A DNA stretch of 20,000 nucleotides from an uncultured virus (IMG/VR IMGVR_UViG_3300010399_000007). Lineage: Duplodnaviria; Heunggongvirae; Uroviricota; Caudoviricetes. The stretch lies in IMG/VR virus record IMGVR_UViG_3300010399_000007; one strand, given 5' to 3'. How positions within the stretch are numbered: position 1 is the first letter of the stretch; the number at the start of each line of letters is the position of its first letter. This document shows, piece after piece, positions 17,401 through 20,000 of the stretch. A program made the translations under genes and the position numbers. Under the pieces are notes generated by a model. The model saw only the letters and a list, made by a program, of their open reading frames with translations, had not been told where the DNA came from and made no database searches.

Positions 17401-20000
17401 GATTGCTGTCTTTGAGCCCGTGTTGCTCCATGAAGTCTTTGATCCACGCTTTGTCCTTTGCGTTGGTGTGGATGTCGTCCATCGTCTTCGCGAAGTCTTT
17501 GGTGAGGAGATGGCGCAGACCTTTGTGCGCGACACCTTCATGCACAGCGGTGCGCAGTGCGTCTTCTGGCGAATCGTGATTGTCACTGAAGATGTAGACA
17601 GTGTCGGTCTCCGGATCGTACACACCGCGCGCATCCTGCTGTTCGAGGTGTTCAATCTCGGCGCGCACTGACGCGGAGGCCTCAGTGTGGTTGCGTAGCA
17701 CTTGCGCCTTCATCTCAGGCATCGCACGGTTCAGCGGCTCGATAGCACGAACAACCTCGCCGTGCTTCACTTCAGCGCGGTTGATCTCGTCGGTGCTGCG
17801 GCCCACTGGCGGCGCGCCAGTGCCTTCACGAGTTCGAAGTTTCTTTTGTCGCCCTTCAGCCCACAGCTTTCCTAGCGGTGTTTGAGTAGTGCCGTGGTGC
17901 ATCTCTGGGTAGTCTTGTTTCGCAGCCTCAAACAGTGCAGATGCAATCCCTTTGCGCCTGTGCGCTTCGTCAACATGCACCCAGGCCGGAATTTCACCTT
18001 CTGTTGCGAAGTCGCCAATTCGTTTGCCGGTGCTGTCAAGGGCTTCATACTCACCTTCAGCGAATCTACGGATTTTATATCCGGCAGGAGCGCGGTACTT
18101 TTTCGGATGCACTTCGAATACGGGACGTGTGTCCGTGCTGTGCAGATATCCGTCAGCCGTTACTTCGACATCGTTTTTCCGAACGTCGTAGCCTCTGCGC
18201 TCAAGCGCTTTGTACATGCGCGCAGCTTCAGGCGATACAACAGTGTCGCTGACTAACGGCTTGCCTTCTTCATGGGCGCGCTGCGCAAGTTGGTCGTACA
18301 TGCGTACGCCGTGGCCTTTGCCGCGCAGCGATTCATTTATCTCTGCACTGGTGACTTGAACAACATCACCGCGTCGTCGAGCGCTGACCTCGCCCGCTCG
18401 CATGCCCGCGGCGCCTTCAAGTTGCATTTTTCTGTTGGCGCCTTCTTCTTTGTATGTGACGTCGCCTTCACGGAAGCGCAGCTTCTGCCCGCGGCGTTGT
18501 GCGAGGTTCTTCACCTCCGTCTCGGTCGACGGCTGCGCGATCTCGTTGGGCTTGAGCGGACGCGTGGTGTCACCTTCCTTCAGCCACGTTTTGAATTCGT
18601 CAACGCTCATCTCGGAGATCGGGCCGACCTTCCAGTCTGACTGGTAGTTGCGCTTGTATGCGCGCACGGCATCGAGCCGGTTTCGGTAGCCGATGAGCGC
18701 CTTGTGCTCATCGAAGCCGCCGTCCGGACGGAGCTGATCGACCACGAACACGCGGTCGCTCTTGGGATGCTCGCCGACGAATGCGTCGACATGGTCTCCG
18801 TCGGCGCCTTCGGTGCCGCGCACGTAACCGTAGTGGTCGCGCATCTGGCGCTCGCCGCCAGTGTACTTGCGCACGGAACCTTTCGGGTTCTCGATCGACA
18901 CGTCGAGACCTTGAATCTGTACGTGGCCTTTCTTGTAGTTGCCGGCCTCGCGCTGCGCCTCTGTGGGTTCAGTGAGCCGGTTGCGCGGCGAGGTCGCAGC
19001 CTCGTGTGCGGCAGCGCTGATCTCTTCGTAGCTCGGGGTGCGTTTCTCGACGATCGGCTTGGCGGGAATTTCTACGGGCTTCGCACGCCTTGCGATTGTG
19101 GTCTCCGGCGGCCCCGCGCGCTGTGACAGCTCGCCTTCAGTCACAGCACGGGCGCGACCCTCCGTGTCAACCTCGAAGCGGGCACGCTTCGGCGCGGGCA
19201 GCGCGCGTCGTTCCGCCAGCGTTGCCGGGGGCTCGTACTCGGGCTTTTCGAACAAATTCACAGGACGCTTCGGCAGTTCCGACGTGCGGCCAAGCTCCTT
19301 GACTTCACGTGGCATGACGCTGCCGAGCGTCGCCGGTTCGAACTCGCCGGTGGTTACCGGTTCGCCCGTCTCGCGAACTGCGCTCGTGACTTCTTGCTCA
19401 GCACGTTGACGATAGGCAGCCTCTGTGTCGCGCGTTTTCGCCGCTGCACGTTCCGCTTCGACGCGTCGGAACTCTGCGACGTTAGGACGTTCCAAGCTCA
19501 TGTTCTCGTCGGCCGGGCGCGGACGCTCTGTGGTGAGATAGTCGTCCTGCCCTGCAAGGCTGCGTTCGTTGGCTTCCACCTGCGCTTGCTTCTGCGCGGT
19601 GGCTTCGAGTTGAGCCTGCTCTTCCGCGGCGAGCGCTTCAGCGCGCGCCTCGTCGGCCATGCGCACCCGCTCGATCTGGTTGCTGTGCTCGTAGAACGCC
19701 TTGGCGTGATGGCTGGTGGCTTCAGAGTGCGCCTGGGCGGCGCTGAGCGCCTGATCCAGCAAGTCGCCGCCTTCGGCCGCCGTCTGCGCTTCCGCCTGCC
19801 TGGACGCCTCCTCGATCGCGCTCAGAGGGTTTGGACGTTCGGCAGGGCGCGCGGCGCGCGGCCCCATCACGCCGCTTAGCATGCCGCCCGCCAGCGCATC
19901 TAGCGCAACATCGGACTTCGTGGTGGCTTGCTGCAGCTCCTCGGGCAGCACTGTATTCATCAGCTCGCGCGACGTCTCGCCTGTGACCGCGCCGGACACC
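14426..20000 (-). CDS. large polyvalent (probable internal virion/DNA-ejection) protein with InPase-like, two GNAT, metallopeptidase and PLxRFG/LPD-type domains; 5'-truncated
   Basis: Reading frame of at least 1857 aa open to the window edge. PTEAQREAGNYKKGH...HYGY...DGDHVD...FDEHK at about 18555-18990; LRGKGHG and HRRKGIA acetyl-CoA motifs at about 17850-18460; RGVY...HEGVAH...EE at about 17230-17640; YFPLGRYG at about 16460-16480; LGASPAAALVNLTQ at about 15850-15900. Confidence 0.9.
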   Translation of the reverse strand, partial: VSGAVTGETSRELMNTVLPEELQQATTKSDVALDALAGGMLSGVMGPRAARPAERPNPLSAIEEASRQAEAQTAAEGGDLLDQALSAAQAHSEATSHHAKAFYEHSNQIERVRMADEARAEALAAEEQAQLEATAQKQAQVEANERSLAGQDDYLTTERPRPADENMSLERPNVAEFRRVEAERAAAKTRDTEAAYRQRAEQEVTSAVRETGEPVTTGEFEPATLGSVMPREVKELGRTSELPKRPVNLFEKPEYEPPATLAERRALPAPKRARFEVDTEGRARAVTEGELSQRAGPPETTIARRAKPVEIPAKPIVEKRTPSYEEISAAAHEAATSPRNRLTEPTEAQREAGNYKKGHVQIQGLDVSIENPKGSVRKYTGGERQMRDHYGYVRGTEGADGDHVDAFVGEHPKSDRVFVVDQLRPDGGFDEHKALIGYRNRLDAVRAYKRNYQSDWKVGPISEMSVDEFKTWLKEGDTTRPLKPNEIAQPSTETEVKNLAQRRGQKLRFREGDVTYKEEGANRKMQLEGAAGMRAGEVSARRRGDVVQVTSAEINESLRGKGHGVRMYDQLAQRAHEEGKPLVSDTVVSPEAARMYKALERRGYDVRKNDVEVTADGYLHSTDTRPVFEVHPKKYRAPAGYKIRRFAEGEYEALDSTGKRIGDFATEGEIPAWVHVDEAHRRKGIASALFEAAKQDYPEMHHGTTQTPLGKLWAEGRQKKLRTREGTGAPPVGRSTDEINRAEVKHGEVVRAIEPLNRAMPEMKAQVLRNHTEASASVRAEIEHLEQQDARGVYDPETDTVYIFSDNHDSPEDALRTAVHEGVAHKGLRHLLTKDFAKTMDDIHTNAKDKAWIKDFMEQHGLKDSNPEDRIVAAEEYAASIAERMSDPSIFRKVVDAVRAALRRIGAVRAWTDADVSALLRKARTALRDRSPHATDRYGHLRFAEKGYEKQAERLPDGHPLNVFLKQGATVEEQANYNPGFVRSRLDAIRDFGENHIEALLGAIPRRNLPDFVAPGKMNSASAYVREAARMDGRRNELLVKADKVANRWVKFIRSNRDDARTLGELMHAATLAGVEPANEYRPKYSSPDTPEQHAIERQRKQQWLALKKFWNALPGEAKALYIDVRDSYAADRDLVMQGLQSRIEATDADGKTKQSLLAELRKKFEAGRVEGPYFPLGRYGKHWAVAKDADGTVVSFTRFEKPSEQRQWLAEMEKAGYKVDGGVQMQDREMARRIDPNFVAKITDLLQQVDPELADEVWQNYLRAMPEMSMRKHFIHRKGRLGFTMDALRNFGYQKFHGAHQIAKLEHMHTLERHLEQMKVEAVGLSRTPEEKWAAAVSKEFDKRHEWMRNPKASGIATALTSLGFTYYLGASPAAALVNLTQNPMVAFPTLAAKFNWTGAGIELTRASMQWAGSRGQLANRLRGDERLAFDEAKRIGLFDKTMAHDLAQIGEEGMDYGSARNKAMNAVSWMFHQMEEGNRQSTFLAAYRLGRRKNLSHEAAIDQAEDIVWDSHFDYSNTNRARYLQSDTAKVLLLFRQYSANMTYRLARDFNNSLRGATPDVRKEARRRFVGILGQTMLFAGASGMPLWWAATGIINTIFGDEDKPYDAEAEMRAWMTEHAGESTASAVLDGPVSAYGGMALNSRVGLNNLWVQEPPTGMEGKELANFYIGQAAGPLGGLVTRAFDAAQPGPDGFGQRGLEKLTPKAFADVLKAIRYARDGVTNVRGDVVKPADQISKYDVFLQGIGFTPYDVALQNEKNRTVSAYSQQIMTRKAFLKSKLYLAAHNDDPQGVKDTMQEILQFNRKNPGVAIKANDLVSSAKAKAKYSAEAVNGLHVEPGLRYLYRKFDSQREAQE

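Noticed and set aside
14423..19879. Numerous + strand ORFs opposite the giant gene (e.g. 14423..15262, 17078..17671)
   Set aside because: Expected shadow ORFs of GC-rich coding DNA; no RBS chain or recognisable domains.
1..20000. Diversity-generating retroelement as in BPP-1, or stop-codon recoding
   Set aside because: No reverse transcriptase or TR/VR repeat pair was seen. Genes tile the window under the standard code and use TAA, TGA and TAG as stops.

Overview
This window is a gene-dense fragment of a GC-rich tailed phage or prophage with an APSE/BPP-1-like layout; a proteobacterial host is an inference. Two gene blocks converge at about 12.7 kb. The + strand block (1-12841) carries early and replication genes: the C-terminus of a probable primase-helicase, an FmdB-type zinc ribbon protein, an HTH-fused calcineurin-like metallophosphoesterase, a DUF6378 protein, a cupin-like protein, a DUF2800 Cas4-like exonuclease, a DUF2815 ssDNA-binding protein, a family A DNA polymerase (Leu762 type), a VRR-NUC nuclease and an SNF2-like helicase, interspersed with small hypothetical ORFs. 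The - strand block (12702-20000) is the end of the late operon. It holds a 5'-truncated large polyvalent protein of more than 1857 aa (InPase-like domain, two GNAT domains, HExxxH metallopeptidase, PLxRFG/LPD-type C-terminus), a GH19 endolysin, a 3TM holin, a small membrane protein and an N-terminal-Thr proteasome/HslV-like peptidase. The most interesting features are (i) the enzyme-loaded polyvalent protein, whose modules are bordered by a repeated [KH]-[LI]-R-(R)-[FT]-[RA]-E-(K)-G linker and whose GNAT block appears lower in GC; (ii) an 80-nt G-U-containing RNA stem-loop in front of an uncharacterised gene pair; and (iii) the HslV-like protease at the end of a lysis cassette with no visible spanins, overlapped by an antisense ORF. 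All family calls come from motif recognition by eye; no searches were run.
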